DNA of 64,000 nucleotides, from positions 312,900-376,899 of the forward strand of contig CT868518.1 of assembly GCA_000165425.1 (NCBI GenBank), written 5' to 3'. Below are positions 25,758 through 38,783 of the stretch, piece after piece; the stretch's first letter is position 1; each line of letters starts with the position of its first letter. Origin of the DNA: Paramecium tetraurelia. Its lineage: Eukaryota. Under the pieces are notes generated by a model that did no database searches, was not told where the DNA came from, and saw only the letters and a list, made by a program, of their open reading frames with translations. The position numbers and the translations under genes are program-made.

Positions 25758-27907
25758 ATGTCCAATAACTCTAAAATATTAATGGGATAATAAATTGATC
25801 TCCTAGATGATCTATCCTCTAATATTCAATCCTCTTTCATTAAGATTACAAAACAATAGCATAAATAAGAAGAAGGGACATTTAGCGATTACATTAAATA
25901 TTTACCATTAAATTAATTTGCTGTTGATAATTAAGATGTTTTCGGAATGAAATACATTAATGATAGATTTGTTCTAAGCTAATTCATTTTCTAATAAAGA
26001 TATGATGAATAAGAATACTAAGTTAAACTATTGAATAGTTTCTCAGGAACAGAGATACATTAAGAATAATATCGAAATGCTATTTTTGAGTTTTCAATGA
26101 ATGATAATTATGCTCTTTTATTAAGTAACTGTTTTCATATGATCAATAGTAAAATAATAGTCCAAAACCAATAACATTCAAAGTGAATAGTAATCAGCCC
26201 TATTGATTAAGGAAGTGTTTACAGGCACTATTCAAGATGACACATTATATTTAAACTAAATAACAAATATCAATATCTGTAAGTAAGTGGCATTTCATCC
26301 ATTAAATTCCAATTATCTCGTAATTCTATAAGCATCTCAGGATGGGAATAGATCGCACACATATCAAAAGTACTATATATTTAAATTGTCTAGAGATTAG
26401 TTTTTCTTAGTCTTTGAAATGAAGGATCTTAAATAACCTATAGTAAGAATCAATTTGAATTCTGCTATGAATGGAAATGTGTAAGCCTTTTGTTTATCCT
26501 TACCAGAAGACAATAATTCATTTCTCATTTACTTTGTTAATAACTTAGGAATCGTCTATTATTATGAATTGATCCTTCCTGACATGGCTTTTAAATTGTA
26601 AACTAAAATGTATTTACAGACATCTAAACAAGAATTAATTCAATTTGTTAAAGAGAAAAATGAAAAAGAATTTACTATCAATTATAAAATGACTACTCAA
26701 GATGATTATCAAATGGAGAATATCAGATTTAAATCTTTCTAAAATTAAAACTACTAATTGCCTAAAAATACTTTTGTTTTATTTAAAAAAGTACCTATTG
26801 TTGAATATTATTTATTCATTTTTGTCTCTAAATAATTAAATAATAATTTGACTATTCAAGTACTTATTGGAAGAGATTTAAACAAACTTTATGAAATATA
26901 TAACGATGAAGTTTAATTTTCAAAATACGGTAATGATGATCTCGTAATATCATAACTACATAAATATTAATAACCATAAATTATATATTCTAGTGAATAT
27001 ACTACATAATTAGTTTAAAATTCATTTGATTTGCTTAACAAACATCAAATGCTCTTATTGTATCATAATTCATTAATTTCGATTGACTTTACAAATGTTG
27101 TTCAATATCAATAAAATTAATCTCCAATAAATGTTACTTGTATTGACTTGATATCTTCTTGGAAAGATTAATCAGAACAATTCATACTTCAAGTGCTGTG
27201 TATAGATCTATTCAAATCAAAGTAATTGTTAGTGAGAATAAATAATAAGAATCAAAGATAAACATTTCAATTCTTACCTTAGAAGTTGCTCTTAGGATTG
27301 ACAGAATCAAGTTCTGAAATCAATAAGATTACATTAGATTTCTATTAAGAATAGAATGTTTATCTAACGAACAAAAGTGTTATACAGCAATTCAAAAAAT
27401 ATCTTGAAGTTATAAGTAACAAAAGACTGCCATAATGCAAAACTGAATAGGATATTATATCAATAAATGAAGATCTATCTAGTGCTTTGTAATCATCAAT
27501 AAAAGAAGTTGCAATTAAAATTAAACTCGAGGCTGAAAATGTAAGTAACTTATTCATAATTATAGATGAATGATGAGATTGATATAAAAATGAGAGGAGA
27601 CTTGACTGAATAATAATAAAGAAACTTATAGCTATAACTGTAGATTTCACAGAAAAATGAAAAAATAAACTCACTACTTGAGAAGATACATTCAATTTAA
27701 CCTGCTGTCTTGAGATAACAATTTATAAATTAACAATAATAATAAGAATTGGATTAATTTGAACTTTAATTCAAATAGATTCAAGAACATATTAAATTGA
27801 ATTAAAGTTAGCTAGAAGGTTAGATTTAAATAAGTAATCGAACGAAGTAAGAGATCGAATCAATTTAATCAAATCTAATATAATAAATATTATAAAAAAA
27901 AGAATGA
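25758..27907 (+). CDS. Beta-rich N-terminus plus C-terminal coiled coil, possibly Nup88/Nup82-like nucleoporin
   Basis: Open in code 6 after 3 short introns; CKQVAFHPLNSNYLVIL and FLIYFVNNLGIVY resemble Nup88-family propeller motifs; Gln-rich coiled-coil tail. Gene solid, family call tentative. Confidence 0.5.
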
Positions 27908-28314
27908 TTTTGATTTTTTAAGAGTGTATTCAATTATCCAAAATATAATTTCTGAACATTCATAAACAAATTTTTATTTTTGAATATTAATTCTATAAAT
28001 GTCTTTAATTTTTATAATGTAAAATAAACTACCGAGGAACAATCAAATTTTATAAATTTTACAAATTACAAATTTAAACAGTTTATACCAAAAAGATTAA
28101 TTGTAATTCTACATTTACCTTGAAATTCCTTCTTGAATTAGTAATATAACTTCAATTGAAATTGCTTATGTTCAGAGAAAAAAGGTTATAAATAGGTTTA
28201 AATTTTTCTTATTTATGTATTGTTGATTGATTATCATTTTAGAATCCAATATAATTATATGATATTACGTATGAGCTTAAATAAATTTAATAATTCCTCA
28301 CTCGTAATTTATTT

Positions 28315-29885
28315 ATGAAAACTAGAAATTGGGAAAGCAAGAAACAACGATTAGAAAATCTTAACCGAAAAAATGAATTAAGTAAATGTATACAGTATAT
28401 TTGTTAGAGAAACAAAAAAGTGTCCAGTAGATTTCTGACACGAATAGAAATTTTTTCTGCAATTTTTCAACCTTTTTTCAACTAAATATGGATTTAAAAA
28501 TTCCATGTGTTGAGTATTAAGCCTTCATATTTAGATTTTTATCAGAACAATTACATATTCAAGAACTTTTTACAAATCAATAAATTTTTGAATTGTAATA
28601 GGAATTGTCTAAATAATGGATTCCCAAAATAAAAAAGAATTGGAGTGAGGAAGATAAACAAATTTTAATATGGATTGTATTGAAAATCTGTTCTAGAGAT
28701 AGCATCCCCATTAGAAAAATTGTATTATATTTGATTTTTAAAAAAAGCCAAACAAAGTATGGGAGGAAGTAGAGCAATTAATCAGCAGGAGGACTTTTGA
28801 ATAATGTAAAATAAAATGGAATGATTTATTGAAATTATCCTTATAACAACTACCATGGACATAAGAATAAGATGAATATTTAATATAATTGATTAAGTAT
28901 AATTGAAATTTAATTTTAGTTAAAGCAAGGAGTAAGGAATGTTGAACAAATGGTGCATTATAGCAAATTTATTAAATGCATAGTTTAAAGAATCTCCGAG
29001 AACTGGAAAACAGTGCAGAGAGAGATGGAACAACCATCTGAATCCAGATATAAATAGACATTAATGGAGTTTAGAGGAAGATATTGAATTGTTAGAGTTA
29101 GTAAAAAAGAAGTAGAGAAAATGGGCTTACATTTCAAAAATATTAAAATCAAAAAGAAGTGAAAATGCAGTGAAAAATCGTTATAATTGCTTATTGAAAA
29201 AAAATAATTGTTAATCCATTACAAGTTTGATTGATTTATTGAAGAAAAAGTATAAATCCGAAAATCCAGAGGCTCCTTTATTAAATATAAAAAAAAGAAA
29301 ATTAATACATATGCCATAAAGTACAATTATTAATTAATTTTTAATAAGTTTAACAAGTATAAAACTAAAAAATGAATACTGAGTTCAGTATCTAATAATT
29401 TGATATTAACGATATTAATCAGCTAAAATGTCTGACTCCTGCTTTTTACGATTCTAAGAATTAAATCCTATTCATAAGCAATAAAAATCAATTGGTTTCT
29501 TTCTTAAGTAACCAAATGATTAAAGTTGAAAGTGATTAAAATATCTAACATTTTGATCAAAACAATTAATAGCATGAATTCTCTAATTAAATGAGTGGTT
29601 TATTAAATTTAGTAGATTCATCAAATTTTGCAAAATTTGTACCCTGTTTATTTGCCAATCAATAAATACCAATTTAATAAGAAAAGAAGTAATTTTCTTA
29701 TTTATATATATTCAAGATCTTAGTTTAATATTCCTAACATCCCTGCAGTTAGAATAGAATAAACTAATTCAGAGAGAGTACCAAAAAGTAAGCTTTCCTT
29801 TTTTTCCTCAAAATTTATTGATCTTAAGGATAGAGTTGCTATGGAATAGGAAGAAAACAATTAATAAATTAAAAATTGTAAATGA
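28315..29885 (+). CDS. Three-repeat (3R) Myb DNA-binding protein
   Basis: NWSEEDKQILIW..RRTFEQCKIKWND; PWTQEQDEYLIQL..RTGKQCRERWNNHLNP; WSLEEDIELL..KWAYISK..RSENAVKNRYN. Start either 28315 (via 26-nt intron) or 28488. Confidence 0.9.
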
Positions 29886-30080
29886 ACAATTTCTGATAGT
29901 CAATTATTTTTAATTTAATATTATGATATTGCATTAATAAAGTATAGTATTGATAATCATGAAAGAATAGCATAAATTATTAAATAACATTCCTAGTATA
30001 TGATGTTATTGAAGATTTTCAGGTGTAGGTATAAGAATAGATTTTTTTAAATCTTGTTTGATTTAATTATATTATTCGTT

Positions 30081-30964
30081 ATGATGCAATATTATAATCG
30101 TGAATGTTTATAATTAAAACATTTATAGAAGTTTTAATGATCAACTCAGTTAGATAGAGTGAGAATAGAAAGCTGTCACAAAGTCACAAGAGTTAAAACT
30201 ACAATTTCCCCAAGAGAGCATCATCCTAATTTAAGTAATAATGCATTGATTTTAAAGAATCCATTATTTGCCAAGCATCTCGAGCAATTCCACTTGTTGC
30301 AGTAATTCATGTACTTCGAGTCCACCAGAGAGTTGTTCCAAATTAGATGAGGATAATGTTGAAAGTATAATAAGTAACAACAATTAGATATATTGGTTTC
30401 CAAAAATACATCATAAGATCCTCTAAGTTGTTTTAACTATGATGATTTCAAAGGAGTACTACCAGTTACTATCAATGGAATAAAAATTCTGAAAATTGAT
30501 TGGAGTTATTTTACAGCAACTCCTAATATGTAATCCCCATGGAAGGCTCATTGTTATTGGACTGTTGGATATACTTTTGATATCAATATGAGGAAGATGA
30601 AGAGATCTTAGAATATAAGATATCGTTTGATCATTCAAAGTTGGTGTTGCTTAAACAATAAATCTTGGGTGAAAACAAAATGGGATAGATTGTTGGAACA
30701 TGAAACTGGACATTATCTAATTGGGTGTTTATGTGCTTTAGATTTTAAATAAAAGTAAAATATATCTATAAATAATACTCAGAGCAGACAAATTCAAATA
30801 TACTAAGAATTATCGAATGGAATGCACTAAGTTATTTCAAGATACATTCTATTTTTATTTGCAATTGGAGAAAATATACTGAAGAGGAAACTAATCATAG
30901 TCAAAATGTAGCCAAACAAAAAGAATGGAATCAATTCATTAAGTTAGAATTATTAAAATATTGA
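30081..30964 (+). CDS. HExxH Zn-peptidase-like protein, DUF922-like, with one +1 frameshift in this sequence
   Basis: IDWSYFTATP..SWVKTKWDRLLEHETGHYLIGCLCA..LEKIY (TGA 30880-30882) then shifted EEETNHSQNVAKQKEWNQFIKLEL; 3-4 short introns; start 30081 or 30137. Confidence 0.75.
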
Positions 30965-31101
30965 CACAATCATGTTTCTCAATTAATTTATTTTTACTCA
31001 ACATCAATCATTTATTATTTTAATATAAATGAATAACCTAATATCATTGAATTAATATTGTATTTGTAGCCAAATGTGAATATTATGTATCAATAATATA
31101 A

Positions 31102-31933
31102 ATGATAATAAATCAAAAGGATTTTATGTTCAAAGAGATTAAACAAGAATTGGCCTAAAAGTATAAGCAATTAGAAATTGATCAAATTGAAATAATGCAG
31201 AAACTCTAATGTTATAAAGAGTCTGCATAAAACAAATAACATGTCGATAATAATTCATTATTGATTGACGATATACAAAACTCTTCTCTTCTCTTGCTTT
31301 CAAATACATAAAGGGACGTAGCAGATAAAACAATTACTGATTTAAAAAGAGCATTAGAATAATCGGAAAGAGATAGAGAGAATAAAATTGAATAGATTAA
31401 CGAATTAAAAAAATTAAATTAAAAATTATACGAAGAATTAAATATTGCAAAAAACAATGTAATAAAATCAAATAAACTTCTAAATGAGATTACATTTCAA
31501 AAGGAAGAATTAATGAATTAAATCAATATGATTAGGAAGCGTAAATCAGTTGACACTTCTTTTTATTAAACTTCGATTACTGATATCACAAATCAAGATA
31601 TCTCAATCCAAATGAATAGAAAAAAATCAATGTCTCAATATGAAACTGCTGATCAAAAACAACTGCAATAGTATAAAAAGTTTGCAGAGTGCGTTAAAGA
31701 TATGATACTAAAATTATAACCAAAACTATATGAAAGTATTTTTATATTGATAATTACTTTTAGATTAAAATGTGTCGCTGTCTGATGCTTGGAAGTGGTT
31801 AAAGATCATAATTAATGACTATGTTCAAATTGCAAATACAATTAAGCAATTGAAATAGATTCTCAATGTAGAGTAGCCATACATTGTTTTAGAAGTTTAA
31901 TAATTAATTAACATGATTGTTTATAAATAATGA
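31102..31933 (+). CDS. Hypothetical coiled-coil protein
   Basis: Open in code 6 with one 28-nt intron; heptad-rich; C-terminal DAWKWLKIIINDY. Start uncertain. Confidence 0.7.
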
Positions 31934-32008
31934 TTCATTATAAATAATAATTAGTGTTCTATTTCTATTGAAAATCAAATACATTAATTTAAATAATCAA
32001 AATTCAAA

Positions 32009-32751
32009 ATGGATAATAAGAAAAAAAAGAATAAGAATAAGACCAAAAAAGAGCAACAACCATAATAACAATAGCCATAAAATTAATTAGTACCAAAAAA
32101 TTAATAACATCATCACGATCATGAACATCATGGAAACGATGAACATCATCACGATCATGCTCATTGTAATCATGGATTGCCAAGTGATGCTTCTAATCTA
32201 GACCCTACCAGTTTATTAAATGGTTTAAATAAAGGAGAAGGATTGCTTGGTAGCTTAAGCATGATACCCAAATTGACAGAAATGTTAAATCAATTAACCA
32301 ATTTTGGAGGTTAAGCCTTCAAACCTGATGACCCCCTCCCTGATTTCACTAAATTTGATTAAACTAAGGTAAAATATTAATATAAAATTGTAGTAAACCT
32401 TGGAAGTAGCAATCGAAGAGTTTTAATCCACAATTGAAAGCGTCCAAAAGAAAGATTTCACTAATCTAACAAAACCAGTTGTGTAGAAACAGCAATAATA
32501 AAAATTATCTAAACAATAGTAGCAATAAAAAGATAAGTATGATAACCATATAATTATAGAAATAATTAAATTATCAAATAAAATATTGATTATCTGAATA
32601 CATTGCAAAAGGACTTGAAGAAACTCATGCAAGATGTAAATATGTTCATTTATCATAGTAATCCCTGAACGGAATTGCACCTATATTGAATCAAGGAATT
32701 GAGAACTTAAATTAAGATATCCAATATTATTAGAAGTAATAAGAAGTATGA
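32009..32751 (+). CDS. Hypothetical protein with His-rich N-terminal tract
   Basis: MDNKKKK..QQHHHDHEHHGNDEHHHDHAHCNHG..; three short introns; TGA 32749-32751. Confidence 0.8.
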
Positions 32752-33105
32752 GAATTAAATATATAAATTAATTATTCATTTACACCCCATATTTGATCTC
32801 TCTTTTTACAGTTCAAAATTCTTTTCCCTTATGATAAACTCAAAATACATTGTAATTTCAGACATGCTTTAATGAATCATAATTCACATACTTTAGTTTT
32901 AATGCATTAAATACCGAACTACGCATTATTTTTATTACTGAACCATTATTAAAATAGAAATGCAGCATTCAGAAGAATAAATAAATTATGACTAATTTCA
33001 TTTAGAATTTTGAACATTCTTCTAAACTTAGATTAACAAAATCCTTTTAAATAATTTATAGCATGAAGGAATTTAAGAGTATTAAATTAAAAAATATAAT
33101 CAGAA

Positions 33106-33653
33106 ATGAATTAAGAAGAAATTATAAACAGAATCTTTGAAAAATATGTTGCCAAATCATGATTTTAATCTGACTTTAATATTAACCCTAATTATTTTAA
33201 TACTTTAGAATTTATCATAAACTATTAAGTACTACCTTAATTGTAATGTTAAGAGAATGATTTATTAAAAAAAGCTGAGACTTGTGTTTAGGAAAGTAGC
33301 CCTTGCAATTGGAATGAATAAAAGTATCAGGAAAATTAACTATAAGATCAAATTTTCTAAAAGTCTTAATGAACAAAGAATGTAACAGACAAAGATATAT
33401 GTGAACCAAAATTCAATGGTATTTGCAAGATCTATTATCAAATAAAGGTCATTAGACTAATGAGGAGCATGAGTAATATTTTGAATTTGTCAATACTCAC
33501 TATAATATTTTGAAGTCAAAATATGATAAGAAATCCAAAAAGATTTAAAAAATGATGAACTAGTTTATACACTCAAGAAGTGCCACTTAATGCAGATCAC
33601 ATCATCAAAAGTTTAATACACTACAATAGATTAAGAGAAAGAAGCAGTATTGA
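33106..33653 (+). pseudogene. Decaying single-repeat SHAQK-class Myb/SANT gene
   Basis: NKGH[Q]TNEEHEQYFEFV..KKSKKI[Q]KMMNQFIHSRSATQCRSHHQKFN; the conserved Trp and Phe are replaced by TAG/TAA; in-frame TGA shortly after the upstream ATG. Confidence 0.7.
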
Positions 33654-33767
33654 ATTATTAAAAAAATTAATTATTGTCATCTAATTCTAATATTATCATC
33701 ATACTCAAGTGGATTTAATTTTTCTATAAATGAAATATTGATTTATTATTGATATAATTTTATTTTA

Positions 33768-35128
33768 ATGGAAATAAATTGTAAATTACCCCCTAAAATA
33801 ACTATGAACCCATTATATTATAGCAATGGAGCTAGGCCTGTCATTTAATACAGGGTCAATCCAAATGATTAGAGGAGATACACGGCAGATATTGAGGCTA
33901 TGAGGAAATATTCAAAAAGTTAGAATTAATACAAGCAAAATGATGTTAGGTATCTGTGTGATCTATTAATTAGCGGAAATCAATAGAATTCTCAATAGAA
34001 ATCTTAAGGAATAGCAAGAGCTAATACTGCGGATAAATAATAATTGGAAGATTCAAAAAATCAATATAATTCTAGTCGAGACAATAAGAAACCGCAGTAA
34101 CCATAATTATTCAAAGTGTAGAGCTAAGCTAAGCCCATCTTTGAGAATTTTAGCAAATGTCAAAGTCAAAAACTCAAAAATCACAGTTTTGTTACTTAGC
34201 ATAAGTAGAATGAGAAACCACACTCTTTTAAATAGATAGCATAGAAAGGTCCATCGTAAATATCGCATTGTAAATAATTACATCATGTTAGTGTATTATG
34301 TTGCAGACTTATAAAATGCAATTCTGAATCAGAAATTATAAAGTTCAGCTTTGTTTAGAGAACATATTCAATCATCCTTCACCTACATCCCCGTAATTAA
34401 GAATCTATAAATCGATAAAGAATAAATCCAAGAGAAACTCTTAAATATCCCAATAAATTTGAATAAGAAATGTAAAGATTTTTATTTAAGACAAGACAAC
34501 AAGACAATTATTTTCGATATGGATGAGACCTTAATACATTGTAATGAGGACGAGAACGATAAATGCTAGTTTAAGATAGACATCCAATTTGAGGATGGGG
34601 AAATCATAGAGGCTGGTATCAACATTAGGAATTTTGCAAGAGAAATAATCCAGAAACTGAGTGATTTATGCGAGGTTATGATTTTCACTGCTTCTTAGGA
34701 TGTTTATGCTAATAAAGTATTAGATGAACTTATTAATTAGGTTATCAACATTCTGGATCCAAATAATAAATTAAGTTACAGAATCTTCAGAGAGAGTTGT
34801 ATTTCAGTGGGGGATAACAATCTAATAAAACATTTGGGAGTGTTGAATAGGGATTTGAAGAATGTTGTTTTGATTGATAATTCCTCTTATAGTTTTGCGT
34901 AATTATTGATCTTAACACAAAGTTAGACACCATTTAGAGAATGGGATTCCGATTTTGCCATATTACTATGATGACAAGGATAACCAATTGATCAAGTTGT
35001 ATAGATATTTGTGCTAGAACATTTTGCCTGCTGATGATGTAAGACCAGTGATTTTGTAGCATTTCAAATTGGATAGATTAAATTAATATGAGAGTGTGGA
35101 AGAAGCTGTATAAAATTTGTATTTTTGA
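33768..35128 (+). CDS. NIF/FCP1-homology (CTD small phosphatase-like) HAD phosphatase
   Basis: KTIIFDMDETLIHC, EVMIFTASQDVYANKVINILDP, RIFRESC, NRDLKNVVLIDNS, ENGIPI; short introns. Confidence 0.93.
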
Positions 35129-35205
35129 AAACATTCTTCTGTATATTTTGTTAACACATTTTTTTAAATGGCATAATGCTTTAATTTAATACATATATCA
35201 GATTA

Positions 35206-35957
35206 ATGCAAGCTGAAAATGACCATCAATAAGAGAGTTCAAATAATATTAATCATCTTCGTTAAAAATCATCTTATGTATGAAGTATTCCAAATATCGT
35301 TTCAGTTAATCAGGAATAGAAGAAAAATTTATGATGACAATGACTTTAGGGAGGTTGTCAAAAATTTCTACAATTTGGTCTCCGAAATTAATAAAGGTTA
35401 ATATTCGGTCTAGACATTAATAGTTAAGAAGATATCGAAGGCTCCCTTACGGAAATAGCCTCAATAGTTGAAATAAAAAAATACAAGCAAAAACAAATAA
35501 CCACCAACTAAGGAACTTTCTTATTCTAAAAGGGATGTCCATTTCAGACCTGATTAACAAGCATAATAATACTTCAATTCTTGTTTCAGTCAATAAATTA
35601 TGAGTCAATTGATGCCTACCTTCGATCAGCCTAGTAGTAAATAAACTCCATTCTTTTATGATAAACCGAAGCCTCATCTCAATTTCAAACGAAATCAAAT
35701 GCATATCCAAGCCGCATACTAAATTTATATAAAGGAGTTTGGCTCTGGATTGGTTGACAGCAGGGATCCAACATCATTTGCAAGAAAAGTTATGAATTCC
35801 AACTTTAATTCTAAAGTAAAAATTCATTAAGAACCAGACCCAATATTAAGAGGAGGAAAAGGAGAGTGACAGATCAGAAAAATTAAATAAGTCTTATGAA
35901 GATGGCAAAAAGAAACCTTTAAAAGAACTAGTTCGAGAATTTTAGAGTGATTAATGA
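35206..35957 (+). CDS. Hypothetical protein
   Basis: Open in code 6 after two 28-nt introns; contains HIQAAYQIYIKE..DPTSFARK. Confidence 0.7.
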
Positions 35958-36297
35958 TTTTAAAAACAAACGAAGTAATAAAAAGATGGGTATAAAAATA
36001 ATAGCATAAGTTATTCTTTATAAATGTTCTAATTTTGGTTTTTTACTTTAATACTAATACTAATTGTAGCTTTTCTTAAAATATCGTAACATTAGTATAT
36101 TGTTCAAAATTAATATAATTCTATAGATTTTATATCCCTAAATTTATTGTAATATCATCTTAATTCATCAATTGAAATGTCATTGATTACTAAATTTATT
36201 AAAATATGGAGTATTATTTATATTTTATTCTTTTTTAGACATTGAGTCATTCCTTTTTTGTTAATTAATTGTAAAATATAAAAGGACAAAAAACTAA

Positions 36298-37893
36298 ATG
36301 AATTGTAATTGAAATTTTGTATTTTACATTAGAATACAAACTTGTGGGAAAGAAAGGAGAGGGAACATTTTCAGAGGTCATCAAATCACAATCATTCAAA
36401 ACAGGAAACTATGTGGCTATCAAGTGTATGAAAAATAAATTCACATCTATTGAATAAGTAAACATTTTTAAGAAGATTAAAGGTCAATCACTTAAGAGAG
36501 ATTCAAGCTCTTAGGAAATTGAGTCCTCATGAACATATCATTAAGCTAATCGAAGTTCTATAGTAACACATTTTATAATTATTATGGTAGTGATGAACCT
36601 ACAGGAAGATTGGCTTTAGTATTTGAATTAATGGAGCAGAATCTCTATGAACATATCAAGGGTATGAAGATGTTAATCCCAATTAGGCAGAAGACAACCG
36701 TTGAATCCTTAGAAAGTTAAATCCTTTATGTACTAACTGCTAAAATCGATTGATCATATGCATAGAAATGGCATCTTCCATAGAGATATCAAGCCGTAAG
36801 CATATATCATTTAAATAGTGAAAACATTTTACTGAATTCAGATCATTTGAAACTTGCAGATTTTGGATCGTGCAAAGGCATTTATTCAAAGCATCCTTAT
36901 ACAGAGTAAGAAATACCTTAACCTGATTATAGATATATCTCTACTAGATGGTACAGAGCCCCTGAATGTTTATTGACAGACGGATATTATGACCAAAAGA
37001 TGGATTTATGGGGCGTGGGATGTGTGATGTTTGAAATCATAGCCCTGTTTCCTCTCTTTCCAGGAACTAATGAATTAGATTAGGTTAACAAGATCCATAA
37101 TATTTTGGGAACTCCAAATCCCAAGGTTTTTGATAGATTCAGAAAGTAATAGAATCCAATTTTGATAATAGATAAGCCACTCATATGGAGATTAATTTCC
37201 CCAATAAACATGGTACTGGTATTGAGAGACTTCTCCAAGGATAAACCAAGGAGTGCATTGATTTAATTAAAATGTTATTGGTGTATGACCCTGAGGAAAG
37301 AATTACTGCTCAATCGGCTTTGAGACATGAATACTTTAGAGAACTCTATGAAGCAGATGCGACTCAAAAGAGTTTTCAACATACTCTCTAAAATATCAAA
37401 ATTTCTTATCATCGAGAATAGTAATGAAATTATCTATAAATAGGAATGACAATTCTTTGGAAAGAAGTCAAAGAATCGATGAGGGTAAACAGATGCACTA
37501 GCCCAATTTTAAGAAGACACAGAATTATTATGCAAAATCATAGAAGAAATCTGGAGTAATTGTAATATTTTAGATTATAGTTGCCTTCCTTACAATTTGA
37601 TTTGAAAGTAGAGAGTATATACAAGAACACGCAACATCATGATAGTGATGATGATTTAGATAAGTAATCTTCAAATAAATAAATGATGCTGCCTGAAATC
37701 AAGAAAAAGAAAAAGTATGATCCCAAAATTATTTATGGGAAATAGCAATATCAATCCAGCTAAGCATATTAGTTTAATTCAAAAGGTATAAGTTGCATTT
37801 AATATATAAGCTGGCAAAAAAATGGCACATGGATTATAAGCTGATTATATAGTTTACGGAAAGAAAGCAGTGAATTAATAAGTCTTAGGCTGA
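36298..37893 (+). CDS. MOK: MAPK/MAK/MRK overlapping kinase (MOK/LF4-type, ciliary length control)
   Basis: [83 protein letters not shown]; about 10 short introns. Confidence 0.93.
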
Positions 37894-37981
37894 TTAATTT
37901 AATTTTTGAATTTATGATTCATCATCTATTTAATATTAATGTGCTATTTGAATCATCATCAAATTCCAATTATAATTAAAA

Positions 37982-38572
37982 ATGAAGATATTAGTGATAA
38001 CATGTTTAATGGTTTTAACTTTATCCAATCCTTTAGAGAAAATCCAAAAGATAAATGTTCCATGCATTGAAGAAATAGGATACCTTACTAAAGATTTATT
38101 TGTCTTTGGTTTGGATATTGCTAGACATAAATTCTGCAATCAAGTTAAAGATGTTATCGGAATCATCGTTGAAATCGTCAAATTGAAAAATGCTTGTTCC
38201 TCATCGAGTAGCTAAGACATAATGGAAGAGCACAACAAAACTTTAGCTTGTCTACAAAATTCACTGGATATTGCTGAAGATGCTTATAATGCATATAATG
38301 CATTTATTCAAAAAGGATTCTCTGATGAATTATTTGACTAAACAACCAATATCCAATAATAACTAGTCTCCACCTTGAGTAGATGTAGTTCCAAAGCTAA
38401 GTTACTAGAAGACATCTTCCCAACTCATTGTATTTCCGTCATGAATAACTTCGCCAGAGATGCTCTATTCATTAAGGAACAAAGACATCAACCTTGGAAA
38501 ATAATTGATGGATTAGCCTCTATGGGTGAAAATTATCAAGTAGCCAAACAACATTGTCCATTTATGAAATGA
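37982..38572 (+). CDS. Secreted 196-aa protein with three Cys-bounded helical repeats
   Basis: Signal peptide MKILVITCLMVLTLS; single exon once TAA is read as Gln; units PCIEEI..KNAC, ACLQNS..LSRC, HCISVM..KQHC. Confidence 0.85.
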
Positions 38573-38783
38573 TTATTACCAATATATTAACATAGAATCC
38601 AACATTAAAATATATTAATTACTGTTGGATACCTACTTAATTCTCAGTTTATTTAATTATTCAATTATTTATAGTAAAAACAAACAACAATTTTGTTGGA
38701 TCCAATCCTTGCTGTTACTAAGAAAATTTAATTTAAAAAATGAAACAACTTAATTATATTATTATTTTAATATTATAAGGACT

